Shown: piece by piece, positions 29,894 through 42,214 of the stretch
Layout: the number at the start of each line of letters is the position of its first letter
Position numbering within the stretch: the first letter of the stretch is position 1
Origin: Mugil cephalus
Taxonomy: Eukaryota
NCBI RefSeq assembly: GCF_022458985.1
Contig: NC_061781.1
Coordinates: forward strand, 26,321,222-26,385,221
Reading direction: 5' to 3'
DNA: 64,000 nucleotides
Made by a program: the position numbers and the translations under genes
The notes under the pieces: model-generated
Seen by the model: the letters and a program-made list of their open reading frames with translations, nothing else
What the model was told of the DNA's origin: nothing
Databases searched by the model: none

Positions 29894-32800
29894 GGAAACA
29901 GAAAGAATAAAAGGCAGCAAAAAGGGTCACAAATAAAGATATATATATACACAAAGAAGAAGAGTAAGCTTCACAGTCCTACACACCATCTGAGCACCCT
30001 AGAGTTGAATTACTTTAGCGCTAAATGTCTTTGATTGGTTTCAGTTTCCTTTTTCACCACCTCATAATAAAAATCCAGGCTGCTTGTAACCTGACTCTTA
30101 TTCTGACAGGAGTTAAGTGTAACTGCACCAGGCTCGAGTGGATATGTTCTCATTGCATCGTACTATACAGCAAACACCCTCCACTGGTGCAGAACCAGAG
30201 TGACTCTCTATCTTGTGTGTGTTTGTGTCTCAGGTGAAGGAAAAGGAGAAGGCTCGCAAGGAGTACAAACAGGCTATAGAGAAAGGCTACGGAGCCTACC
30301 TCATGGACCAGGATGCCCCAGTATGTGCATCCACCTCCAACCTCTTACTGGTGGTTCTCTGCATCAGAACACTTTTAATGTTTGATCTCCCTGCAGGACG
30401 TGTTCACCATCAGCGTGGGCAACCTTCCGCCCGGTGCCACCGTCCTCATCAAAATCACCTACGTGTCCGAGCTGATGGTCAGGGACGGCAGTATCCTCTT
30501 CTCCCTGCCAGGCAGCGTGGCCCCGTGGCAGGAGAGCGCCGCGCTCAACCAGACCACTCAGGTGAGGTTCTTAAGAACGTATTAAACAGAGACGGACTTC
30601 ATCAAGCTTTCTTTGTGTGAATCTCAGGAGGTATAATAACCTGAGGCTAGCTGTGTTCTTAGTGATCTGGTTCTGTCAACAGGTCACTGTGGAGAAGGTG
30701 TGTGTGACTGACAAGGAAGCCGGCAGAAGGTGAGCTTCATTATGCATCCAGATTTTCTACCGAGCTTCTGTTTCTCTTTACTTTGACCTGTTTTCTAATG
30801 GGTCTCGATTCTTACGTCTCCTTGTTAGCTGAAAGCGTTAGGAGCTCATGAGGCATTCTTTATAGCACACTGGCTTCTACCAATCTGCAGCACTTTCCAA
30901 ACATGGTGGACCAAATAAAAAACCATCAAACTGTGGAGCAAATACAGATTTGATTTATTCCCAGTTTGTGCATATTGCATATTGATTTCATTATGAGACA
31001 AATCTTTCCAGGAGCTGATAAGATGAGGCCTTGGTGTGTTTGAAAGGATTTTTCTATATTCGTCTGGATTGAGGAGGAAAACTCTGCCACCCGTCCTTCT
31101 TATTCATGTTTTGATCAATAAAGTCAAAGTGGGAGAACCTCTTGTGCTGATATACTGATGTTTCGTGCTTCCAGTGTTTGCTGATGTGTTCATGTGCTGT
31201 TTCTTTTCTACCAGAGAGTTCACCTTGGACGCGTCGGTGGAGATGCCCTATGAGATCTCCAGCCTGCAGTGTGTCACTCACAAAGTCAAGATGAAGGTGT
31301 TTGGATTATTTCTAAATATTTTATTATATTTTATTTTATTAGTTTTTCTGGAACTCAGGACGAACACAAAAGTTTAACTCTTTCCAGATGATATTTCTTG
31401 TAATTATTAAGCAGCATTTTCTTATATTTATATTTGGTTTTTATATTATGAAGTGGAGTCATTGGAAGAAAGTATTAATTACTTGGGGATTTAGTCATTT
31501 TCCTCTTGTCATGTTTATGATTTGATGTTTTGTGATGGCACAGAGAACCGACTGTAAGGCTGTGGTCAGTGTGCTGCCAGGAGAGGTCCTGGGTCCGGAC
31601 GGTTTCCAGCTGAACATCACTCTGTCTGAAGTCCATCTACCCAGGATGTGGGTGGAAAACCACCCAGACAAGGACAGCCAGGTCTGTCTCTTCCTTTTTC
31701 AAAAACTAAACTAAAGTCCCTAAACTTCAGTCCTGTCACCTTGGAACAAGTTTTTATAAGGTTATTCAAATATATGTTTATTTTATCTCAGTGTAAAGCA
31801 ACATTTATGTTCACATCAAATTTGAGGTTCTCGTCTAAAAAGGTGCCTAGATATTTATATGAAGCAACCTTTTCTACCAGTTCACCACTGATGATGCCTG
31901 TAGCTGTGTGTTTGTTGCATCTAAAATCAGGAGTAGTTTTGGACACATTTAAGTCTAAGTAATTACTGTCACACCGTGAAACAAAAACAAGAAGAGCCAT
32001 GTCTCTGTGTCCTGATTCGGGTCCTTGAAGGAAGGACAGCAGCACAGTGTCATCAGAAAAGTCGATTAAATAGCTGCCTTCTTTCACACTCCTCCATTCA
32101 CCCGTATTCAGGATGAAAGGGAAGAGCTGAACCTTGTGGTGAACTGGTGGACAGAGCTAAAGAGTTTGAGACACAACCATTTACAGAAAAACCCTTTCTG
32201 TTAGTTAAAAAGTCAGACAACCATAAATCAACTTGGTGGGACACGTTAAAATCACTCATCACGTCTCGCTCTCTCCTCCAGGCCTGCATGTTGGTTTTCT
32301 ATCCGAACTTTGAGGTCGACTCCGGCTCAGCAGCCGATGAAGTCATCCTGTTGCTGGATACGTCTGAGTCCATGAGAGGAGAGTCTCTCCAGGAGGCCCA
32401 GAGAATCGCCCTGCAGGTCCTCAAAGTCCTCGACAACAACGTCAGACTCAACGTCATTTTGTTTGGCACGGGTCAGTTAAATGGTTAAATAGATTGAGTG
32501 TTCCAGCACTTCATCTTTTATTAGCCGAGTATCATTTACATGAGATATGAGCATTAAATCAACCAGTGGACAAGGACTGCGTGCTTTGAATAACTCAAAT
32601 GTAATCTGTTCTTTAGTTCCTCAGTTATTTAGCAAAAGTGAGAAATAACAGTAGTCAGTAGCAGTTCCACTTTGTCAGTGGTAGTGTTTCTTATTTCAGG
32701 TCACACAGATGCTTTCCTGACAGCAAAGCCACTGTCTGAAGTTCATCAAGCTGCTCGGAGCTTCATCAAGGTGAGTTACCTTTCCCTCCTGTCAGACTCC

Positions 32801-35665
32801 TCTTCCACACATCAGCCCTTTTGAGTAGTTGGTCTTTAACGGGAGTCAGGATTCATTGTGTTCACACATGTGTCTGTGTCTGGACTGAGACCAGATGGAT
32901 CCATCCAGGATGGATGTTAATGTTGTTAATGGTTATTTAAGTTTGTGCTGTCTAACAAGCCCACCCCAAATGTAAAATTTAATTTTCATTTCTCCAACCA
33001 GCCATAAGCCTACAGCTGTGAATGATCACAATTTAAGTTTCATGTAAAACATGGAAAACAACAACATACAGAATTCTATGACTAAACTTTAAGTGCTTAA
33101 AATACACAACAATAATACAGTTTTTTTGTTTTGTTTTGTTTGTGTCCTGATTCAACCTGTCCAGTCTGAATACAGCTCCTATTAACTACTATGAATGGGT
33201 TTTATTAGTGATCATGTTGGATGTAACTGCCAGTAGTGGTGCATTTGCAGCCTTTCAACAGTTCATTGACACGTGTTTAAGTAAAACCTATTCCTGATTC
33301 CTTTCCCTCCCTGCAGCGCTGCTCTTCAGTAGGGGGCAGCACCGAGCTGTGGCGCCCCCTGCGAGCTCTCAGCCTGCTGCCTCCGTCCCGCGGCGTCAGG
33401 AACCTGCTGCTGCTGTCGGACGGCCACATCCAGAACGCAGAGCTCACCTTGCAGCTGCTCAGAGACAACTCTCAGCACAGCCGCCTCTTCAGCTGCGGCC
33501 TCAGGTCGGTCGGACCATACACTGTAGATTTGTGGCTGGCTGCACTATACCTCATAATCTCCTTCCCTTCTATGATAGAGGATGGAACATGGGCCAAACA
33601 AAAACACTGAAGTAGCTGATATATGTATGCCCATTTTTTTTTATTTGATGGTATTAAAACAGGATGTGACATCATGGTGATTGACTGGACTGCCTGGATG
33701 TCCTGGACAAGCAGGAAGAGGTGGCGATGGAAGAGGAGGAGGAGAAGGGACAAACTGGCTGTAGAGGAATAGAGACAGAAGTTGTGAACAGATGTCTAAT
33801 GTATTAATGTTTCTTCGTCATTTCAGTCCAACAGCCAACCGGCACATGCTCAGAGCCCTGGCACAAGCAGGGGGCGGAGCCTATGAATTCTTCGACACAA
33901 AAACCAAACACAACTGGGCGGAGAAGGTGAGACTTTAATAAATCACACTTAATCACTTCCTCCACGTGTTGCATGTGTTGCGTTTGAGAATTTGAAAAAA
34001 ATAAAAATAAAAATCTGAAGACACATTTCCTTGAGAAAGTGCAGAAAACCTGACATTCAGGGAGACTCGAGGCCTGAGTCCTGAGTCCCAGCAGCTGTGA
34101 AGAATGACACACAGGATGAAATAAACGGTGCTGTGTGTCCGTTCTGTCCTGGCTGCAGGTGGCCCGTCAGCTGAAGCGTATGGCATCTCCGGGTTGCAGC
34201 TCGGTGTCTGTGAAATGGCAGCAGTTCAACCCGTCAGCTCCTCCTCCTGTGCAGGCGCCCAAGCAGCTGCATGCTCTGTTCAGTGACTGCCATACGCTGG
34301 TGTATGGCTTTGTGCCGCACTGCACTCAGGTACACAGTCAGGCATCACAACTTCTGATTCCGTGTGACAAGAGTGACCCTCGTTTTTGCTGATGCTCACA
34401 TTCTTCCTGACATTGTGATTACTGGTGCGTCACTCAGGCTACACTCGTTGGGAACTTGAGTGGTCAGGAGCTCAAAACCATGGTGTCGACGTCTGAGCTG
34501 CAAAAAACGAGAGGAACAGTAAGAACGCACACATGACATAAAGTGAATTGAGTAGAAATCCTTTTACATCATGCAACAAGCATGAGAAGCAGGTACTCAC
34601 ACAGAAAGTCATGCACTGTGAGGACGGCGCAGTGATGATGGTTATGATCTTTTGTGTGTTTTCAGTTCCTCCACAAGCTCACAGCGAGGGCGCTCATCAG
34701 GGACTACGAGGACGGGAGCCTGGACACCAGTGAAGCTGGACACGAGGTCTGTTTGAAAGGCAGCGACCCTCGCTACAGACCTCCAGTTTGAGCTTCACAG
34801 GTTATTCAATTGTTTTTCTCCAGGGTAAGAAAGTGGAGCTGAAGTCCTTCATCGTGCAGTTGAGCAAAGAGTTCTCGATCCTGTCTCAGTTCACCAGCTT
34901 CGTGGCCATCGAGGAAAGGGTCCGTCAGCCTTTTCTTTGCTGTTCAACTCATCCTGAAAACATTCAACACGAGATGTGAAGTCGTTGGGTTTGTCTTTTA
35001 ATAAAAACACTTTCTTTGATTCATATTTAGGATTCTGAACAAGCAGAGGATGGCTTCACAGACATCCCCAAGTTGATCGCAGAGGAGGATGTGGACTTCC
35101 TCTCGTACATGAGTTTTTCTCATGATGACGATACCGACAGTGATTTTTTCAAGTCAGCTTTGGTACATATGCACTTTATATCACTACAAATATTTGTTCA
35201 AATTTAAACATTAGATAAAACATAAAACAGGGGAAGACATCTTAAATTGGAATTGCATATTCTTTTCTCTATATGCACATTCGTTCATGATAAGATATTA
35301 GATCTGCTTGTGGTTTACTGTCATGTGTGTTCATCTCTCTCTTATTCCTAACAACGACGACGTTAGTGCTTTTGCTTTCACACCCATATCGGAGCCAGAA
35401 CAGATAAAGCAAATAAATGTCTAGGATATTTTTGTTTGACTAAATAACATCCAAGGTGTTAACAAATGTATGTTTGGAGCACTGCATGATACAATTTTCT
35501 GTTCTTTAACTGATTATTGCTTATGTTTTGTGAACAACTCGATTTTCTCGTGCATGTATTTCACAAAAAATCTGTGTTTGTCTCTGTGGTATAGCTCAAA
35601 GACCTGCCCATACCGCGGGTTAGTCCTTTCACACAAGATAAGATAAGATAAGATAAGATAAGATA

Positions 35666-35696
<31 letters not shown>

Positions 35697-38600
35697 CAAA
35701 TCTAATTGTAGTTTCCTAATGTGTGCTTTCATCATCTCTGTGCTACAGATGGCCAGGTTCCCGTCCAGTCTTTCTGATGACGAGGTTAGTCCTTTTACAC
35801 ACAAGATTTGCCTTTGTTCATCCCACAATAGACAAATCCTCATTATTAACAGCAGCAAATACATTCAGTAATCACAAAGACAGTTCACATAGTGCACATA
35901 TGGATGGACTAAAGAATAGAAATAAGAGTATAAAAATCATAGGGGGCGCTGTGGAGTAGTGGTTAGAGGTGCAGTTTGGAGGCCGAAGGGTCCCAGGTTC
36001 ACCTGTGTTTACTGTGTGACAAATGGACGGGCCAAACAGCAGGAACAAATTTTACCCATTGTGGGACAATTAAGGATTACAATTTATTCATTTATAAAAA
36101 GATGCGTTACAAACAAACATTACAAGCAGCATTCAAGCAAGGTAGATAGTAAGACAACGGATGCAACAATAATCAAGCAGTTGTCTGTTCATTTACTGAT
36201 TACTGATTACCGCTTTTGTCTTTTATCTGTGTTACAGTGGAGCCTTTCTTCTGACGACAAAAAAAATGTCTGTATATTTTTGTTTGACTAAATAACATCC
36301 AAGGTGTTAACAAATGTATCTTGGGAGCAGTGTATGGTACAATTTTCGGTTCTTTAACTGATTATTGCTCACTGTGCTAAAGTCTGAGTTTGTCTCTGTG
36401 GTAGAGCTCGAGAGGCAGGTTATGCTAAGTTGCAGAGATGTCAGTCCTTTCACACACAGATTGACGTATTTTAGGATGCTTTGGAGGCATAAAATAAGAT
36501 ACGATACGAGCAAGTAAAAATAAGCAAATCTACTTGTGGTTTACTAATGTGTGTTTTCATCATCTCTGTCTACAGCAGGCGCTGACCAGTTCTTCTGATG
36601 ACGATGAGGTTAGTCCTTTCACACACATACTGTAGCTACAACAGATGAAGCAAATAAATGCCTGTGTTTTTTTTAAAGATTTGTAATGCTGTTCGCTTGA
36701 GACGTTTCACTAAATAACATCCAAGGTGTTAACAAATGTATGTTTGGAGCACCACAATGTTCAATTTTTCTGTCCATTAACGTTTTTATTATTGGGGGAA
36801 AAATCCATGTGTCTTTTCACACACAGACTGACATATTTTATGATGCTGTGGAGGGATAAGATAAGATAAGATAGCAAATCTAATGTGATTTACTAATGTG
36901 TGCTTTCATTATCTCTGTGCCACAGGTGGAACCGTTGGAATTTGGTGACTACGATGTTAGTCCTTTCACACAGAGATTGACGTATTATATGATGCTCTGG
37001 AGGGATAACATAAGAGACATTCAGTAATCACAAAGACAGTTCACATAAGGCAAAGATAACACAAATAAACACAAAATGCAGTTTTTACACAAAGGTTTTT
37101 ATTACTAGGGGTAAAAAATCCCAAAACACAAGGCCATGAGGAAGCCCACCTCTAAGTGGCTGAAGAAAAACAACATGAATACTTTGGAGTGTCCTAGTCA
37201 AAACCCTGACCTGGATCCTATTGAGGTGCTGTAGCATGACCTTAAAAAGTTGATTCATGCTCAAAAAACCTCCAGTGAGGCTGAATTACAACAATCACTT
37301 GACAGCAGCTGTTGCTGCCGAGGGCTCGTCCAAGCAGTTATTAGGTTTAGAGGGCAATCACTTTCTAACACAGGGCCATGTAGGTTGGGACTTAGTTTTC
37401 CCTTAATAATATCTGGTCTGGTCTGGGTGGGTGCTACATGTGTAAGTAACATCCACACCAATGAGTATCAGGTCCAAAGGTTTCCCAGCAGAACACTGAA
37501 TCGGCACCGGGTGGTTTGAATGTTGTTTTCTCCTGTCAGTGGTCATAATGTTGTGGCTTATCAGGGTGTATATCATGGATTGACTCGATGTGTCTACTTG
37601 TGCTTTTGTCTCTGTGGTACAGGAATTGTCAGATGATAGATTTGATGAAGTTTTGTCCTCTTCACACACATTTGTTTTAAGTGTTTATTTTTAAAAACTT
37701 CTCTTTTTAATGCTGTACCTCGTGGAATTTAACTAAGTGATATTAACAAATCCTATACTAGAGCAGTGTGATGCATAATCATCTATTTATTAGCTTTGAA
37801 ATGTTGATTAATATTTTACCGATCATTATTATTATATTATTATATTATTATTTCCTGCATGTGCTTTACAAAAATGAAATTTAATGATTTGCTGATGGTT
37901 CAGTCACAGCTGTGCGTGTTTCTGTTGTTTAGGGGGAATGCGCTCTTATGTCGGCTGACAAACAATACGGATCCTTTTTACCTTCACTACAAGTCACTAC
38001 AAGTTTCCATTCATTCCCTTTAATAAGTTAATGTTGGTTTCTGAAGTTTTTGGTCTTATGGACTCAGCGTCTCCTGCTTGTGTTTCACAGACTTTAGAAG
38101 TATTGGACCTTCCATCTACGCCTGTAATAGCTCTCGGAATGGTTAGTCCTTTCACACGCAGACTGAAGGGTTTGGATGTTCAGATGTTAACATGTGTTTT
38201 CTTTTCAATTTTTTTGTTTGTAGTCACCAGTCATCAAAAGGGACCGACCTCCTCCTCCTCCTCCTCCTCTTCCTCATCCTGTTGTTCTTGGTTTTCATTC
38301 TTTTCCTGGTTCTCCTCCTCCTCCTCCTCCTCCTCGTCCTCCTCGTCCTCCTTATCCTGGTCCTCCTCCTCCTCTTGCTACTGGCGATTCTAGAGCAGTT
38401 CGTTCATGTAGAGCTAAGTCCATGGTAGCACGAGCCATTGAGCCAGTGAGGAAAAAAGGGAGGAGGTCCTCCCGCCCCATCCTTCCACCACCACGAGGAA
38501 CTGTAATTCCCACATCGTTTGGCGCCATCATGTCTTCCACTGATGCACTTGACCTGAGTCAGCAACTTGAAATTTGTAGTCGTCCGCTTAGTGGAAGAAG

Positions 38601-41600
38601 GTCTTCACCTGCTCCACCAGCAGCAGCGCCTGAGATCTCTGAGGCTCTGCCTCTGTTTTGCAGAAGCAGTTCTTTAGATGGTTCTTTCAGCGAGGGAGCT
38701 CCACTGGTGCCTCAGCAGATGCTTGAGGCTCAAGGGGTTCCATCTTTCGATGCTGCAGCTGCTCCTCCGTCAACAGTAGAAACGGGATCTGGATTTCAAT
38801 TTGGGGCTCTGTTTGGCAGCAGCAGGTCTTCAGCTGCTTCATCCAGCAGGGGAGCTGCACCAGTGCATCAGATACCAGAGGATGTTCTGTCGCGAGTAAG
38901 AGTAGGAGGGTGCAGGTCTTTGGCTGCCAGGGGCAGGTCTTTGGCTGCTCCACCAGCACCGGTGCCTCTGATGCTAGAGGCACCTATCGGTTATGCAGCT
39001 GCTCCTCAGCCAACATTAGAATTGGGATCTGGATTTCAATTTGGGGCTCTGTTTGGCAGCAGCAGTTCTTCAGCTGCTTCATCCAACAGCGGAGCTTCAC
39101 CAGTGCTTCGGAGGAGACCAGAAATTAACTTCTTAAAAGAACGCATGTTCTTGGATCGATCTTCACGAAGTCATGAACGTGAACGTCAACTTTGGTGAGT
39201 CATGAAACAGTTTCCTTTAAACACATCTCTGTTGATAAAATGAGCTATTTGTAAAGGTGAACTGAGTGAAAAGACAGAGAACGCTCTTAAAATGCTGCAT
39301 CAGTTTCAGGATGTCATCAGCAGCTCCAGAACCAACCCCAAATCCCAAATGGATAAAGATCTTCCAGATGCAGCATTCAGTAAGATATATATTTATTTTT
39401 ACATTTTCACATAGACACTCAAACTAAACTTGTTTCTTATCCTCTCTTCTCCTCCTTTTAACCATCACTGATTCTCTCTTACCTCCCTTCTCTTTTGCTC
39501 CAACCAATGCCTGCATGCTTGTATGTGTGCATGGGCTTATGTTTTTAAATTTCAAATTTAAACAGAGAATTCTAATCACAAATCATCAGTATCAGAACAT
39601 CTTACACTCCAGATGTTGTGTCGCTCTTCAAATTCACATGCATACTTCCCTTACAGAGCAGTTAATATTCAATTCACTTTTATTTCTATAGACTCATGAA
39701 CAAATATTCTCCAGACACTTTACAGAACCTGGAGTCAAAGCCCTTAGAGCAGAATTAAGACGATGGTGGAAAGAAAAAGGTTTCATCAGGAAGAAACCTT
39801 TTTGAGAGAGGAAAACGATGATGCAGACATCTGATTGAAACAGACATGAAACATCTAAGTACGATGAAACAAGAGTACAAGATACAGCTGATACATGTTA
39901 CGTTTAGTGTGTTTACAGAGAACTGGTGAAGTTACTGTTATAGGGATCAACAAGAGCTCAGGGGCATCAAACTGTGGACTGAAAGATATGAACACTGGAC
40001 ATAAATAAAAAAGGATAAAGGTAGAGAGGGTCTCTGCTTCCTTAGGAGAGGGATCTGGCAGCTGAAGGCTCTACGTCCCGTTCTACTTTATAAACTCTGG
40101 GAACCACAGCTAAGCCTGAACTATGAGAGAGAAAGGATCTGTTGGCATGATGTTGTACTATGAGGTCTTTAAGATAGGATGCCTTGATGTCATGAGTGAG
40201 TGCAATAAATTGGAAGTGGATCATTTGGATAAATATTTTCTTTTGACTCATGTGCCATCACCAGTTTATGTCTGTCTGTTCACATCTGGACATGATGACG
40301 TGAAGCTTCCATCGCTTGCTGGGAAACATCTGACCTCCTGTTCTTTCCTTTTGCTTCAGTTCTTGACTCTGACTGTGATGTCATGGTGATATTTGTGCCT
40401 TCCAGGAGGGCTACTGGGAGCTGACCGAGGAACTGGGTGAACTTATTAACATCAATGTGGACGTCTTTGCCAACGTGTTCCTGAAAAACAAAGGCATCCG
40501 GTCTCTAGGTGAGAACTCTCACAACCAGAGTCACGCCTCCACAGAGGGAACTTTCTCTAACTGATGGCTTTTTGCTGTAATGTAAAACATAACATTTGGA
40601 AGTTATTTTAACTGGGTCAGTGTAGGTTAGTCTGGACGCTGCATCATTCTGTAGGAGAGCTTTTAGTTTGAGCCCTTCAAGAAAAAAATGTAGATTAAAG
40701 AAATTGTAGGAAACCAGAGACTCCAAAAGACACCAAATGCAACAACCATGCATTGCCGATCTTTAAAATGTCTGCTCATGTTTGTGTTTGTTTTTAAGGG
40801 GTGAGGGCACATGCAGACATCCTGAGGCTGGTGGCGACTCTCCTGGTTCTGCAGCTGATGAGGTTGGAGATGCTGGAAGAAGGCAAACTGCTCAGCAGCC
40901 TCTTCCGTCTGGAGCTCTCTGAGCCCAGGTTAGTCCAAGCGAAACGGAGAATGAGCAAGTGTCTCTAAAAGCACAGCATCAGTTGAGTCTGAACTTGAAA
41001 TGCAACCAGTGCCATCCAAAAATATGTGTCCAGAATCAAGAGTAAATCATGAATACTAAGAGAAATACTCTACGTAAAGAAGTTTACACCAAAAAAAAGA
41101 GACAAATGTGAATATAAAGTTTGATCTGCAAATCCGTTAAAGCCTAAATTGTGCTAATAACATATAGAACAGTTATTTTTCATTTTGATTGTGATGCCAC
41201 ATTTCAGGGCAGGAGCAATTTAAGACTGGAAGATTCAATGCATGAGTGTTAGAGCACTTCTGTAAACCATCGGCAGTGAACACAGTTTGGCCCCATGTAC
41301 AAGTTAAAACCCTGAGTCACGCAAATGAACAGAGCAGAAGCCAGATTCTGAGGGGCTGATGTCGTCTTTGACCAGAGCTCATTTTAAGGTCTGAGGTGAA
41401 GTGAAAGGTGTCGTCCTGCAGTCTGAAGGTTTAAAATCTGGAAATCTTTTTAGGACTCCTGGACACTGCGTCCTCAGGGCTGAAAGAGACAGAAGGGAGG
41501 CCTCTCTTGGATTGGTTGGATAAGAGATAAAATAATCCCACACTTAATATCAGACCACATTCAGCTCGTATCAGAGCGCAGCTGCTCCTCAGTAACACGG

Positions 41601-42214
41601 GTGCTGCACTGATCTGCCATCAGAGGAACTGATGCTGTATCCTAATCCTATATCTTACGAATAAAATCAAATCAAAAGTTAAAAAAGCATTGTAATTTTT
41701 TAATGGAGTTATGCCATTAGGCTATTTCTTGCAAAATATTGGCATTTTTATTGACATTGAACAGTAAGTTCAATTATGCTACATGACTAAGGGTTTAATG
41801 ATATTCAAACCGGCCGCGATACAAATCGGGGGTGGGGAGAAACTTGACACAGTCTCCTGTTTTCATGCCATGTGTCCCTGTTTCATGTAGTTACTCAACT
41901 GCCTCCTCGTCTGCAGTGGAACTGTTTCCGCCCAAGTCAACCTGCTCTTGTTTGAGTTGTTTTTTCCTGGAAGTGAACGTGATGCACTAATGAGTTCTTC
42001 TTCCAGGCCTCAGAGGTGGCTGAGGGTGAAGACGGCCGTGGACTGGGTCTCCTGGGCTGACCGTCAGTACCCCTCCATCTACAGTCGGCTGGAGTTCGGT
42101 CAGAGCTGGGAGTCCGCCACCCGCCAGCTCCTGGGCTACGAACGCCTCCCTCACTTCTCCCCTCTCAGCGGCCTGGACCTTCACAGGACCACACCCCTGC
42201 TGCTGGTCCACTAA
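22231..42214 (+). CDS. parp4: PARP4 (vault poly-ADP-ribose polymerase): BRCT, PARP catalytic, VIT, vWA, a proline-rich region and the MVP-interaction domain. The exons are 22231..22356, 22454..22676, 23073..23154, 24039..24117, 24205..24303, 24974..25132, 25698..25835, 25926..26093, 27095..27246, 27363..27494, 28100..28198, 28356..28539, 28628..28769, 29359..29501, 29612..29743, 30234..30320, 30397..30561, 30683..30729, 31215..31296, 31543..31680, 32282..32471, 32700..32770, 33317..33504, 33827..33925, 34159..34329, 34438..34518, 34666..34746, 34824..34919 and 35031..35161. They are followed by mini-exons 35595..35618, 35749..35784, 36407..36439, 36576..36608, 36925..36954, 37624..37650 and 38091..38141. 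The final exons are 38224..39194, 39310..39379, 40406..40508, 40799..40928 and 42007..42214 (stop TAA at 42212).
   Basis: The spliced translation follows human PARP4 block by block. Examples are MALFENCSLLLELKYLSYKEKKKVQLAVTENGGNIAFVVNKQ (BRCT), ..KYRALRCSIEPV.. and ..GLLLPRVGVEHHGIERTDVGNLGSGIYFGDTM.. (PARP catalytic). Further examples are ..LLLVCDVALGRC.., ..VIFQKYTNQSSEAIEAKYVFPLDDSAAVCGFEAFINGKHVVGQ (VIT) and ..VILLLDTSESMRGESLQEAQ.. (vWA). Later blocks are ..SVSVKWQQFNP.., ..EGYWELTEELG.. and the C-terminal PQRWLRVKTAVDWVSWADRQYPSIYSRLEFGQSWESATRQLLGY.... All junctions are GT-AG and phases were checked to chain through to the stop. Confidence 0.9.
31788..32289 (-). mobile_element. LINE reverse-transcriptase fragment (non-LTR retrotransposon relic) in a PARP4 intron, antisense to PARP4
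   Basis: Minus-strand ORFs encode ..YLIDFSDDTVLLSFLQGP...LDLNVSKTTPDFRCNKHTATGIISGELVEKVASYKYLGTFLDENLKFDVNIN, which has the RT C-terminal motifs YADDT-like and KT..LGV-like. They also encode ..FLTNRKGFSVNGCVSNSLALSTSSPQGSALPFHPEYG. The fragment ends just upstream of the PARP4 exon that starts at 32282. Confidence 0.6.
35595..38141 (+). other. Tandem array of 7 phase-0 symmetric mini-exons of 24-51 nt inside PARP4. They are embedded in a repeated intron unit of roughly 350-700 bp.
   Basis: Each mini-exon sits between a conserved acceptor context (..tctctgtg[gc][tc]a[ct]ag|) and a conserved donor (|gttagtcctttcacaca..). They encode LKDLPIPR, MARFPSSLSDDE, LERQVMLSCRD, QALTSSSDDDE, VEPLEFGDYD, ELSDDRFDE (weaker donor gttttg) and TLEVLDLPSTPVIALGM. 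They are acidic and resemble the human segment ..ELSQPEVSEDFEEDGLGVLPAF... Confidence 0.55.
35635..35694. repeat. (GATAA)n microsatellite inside the PARP4 mini-exon repeat unit
   Basis: gataagataagataag... is read directly. Shorter copies recur at ~36480 and ~36850 within the duplicated units. Confidence 0.9.

Noticed and set aside
38192-38428. ORF encoding poly-Leu (…LLLLLLFLILLFLV…) and the 38031..38393 ORF encoding poly-Ser
   Set aside because: These are alternative frames of the (CCT)n tract. The PARP4 reading frame, established by phase continuity from the acceptor at 38223 into the conserved downstream exon, reads this tract as poly-Pro.
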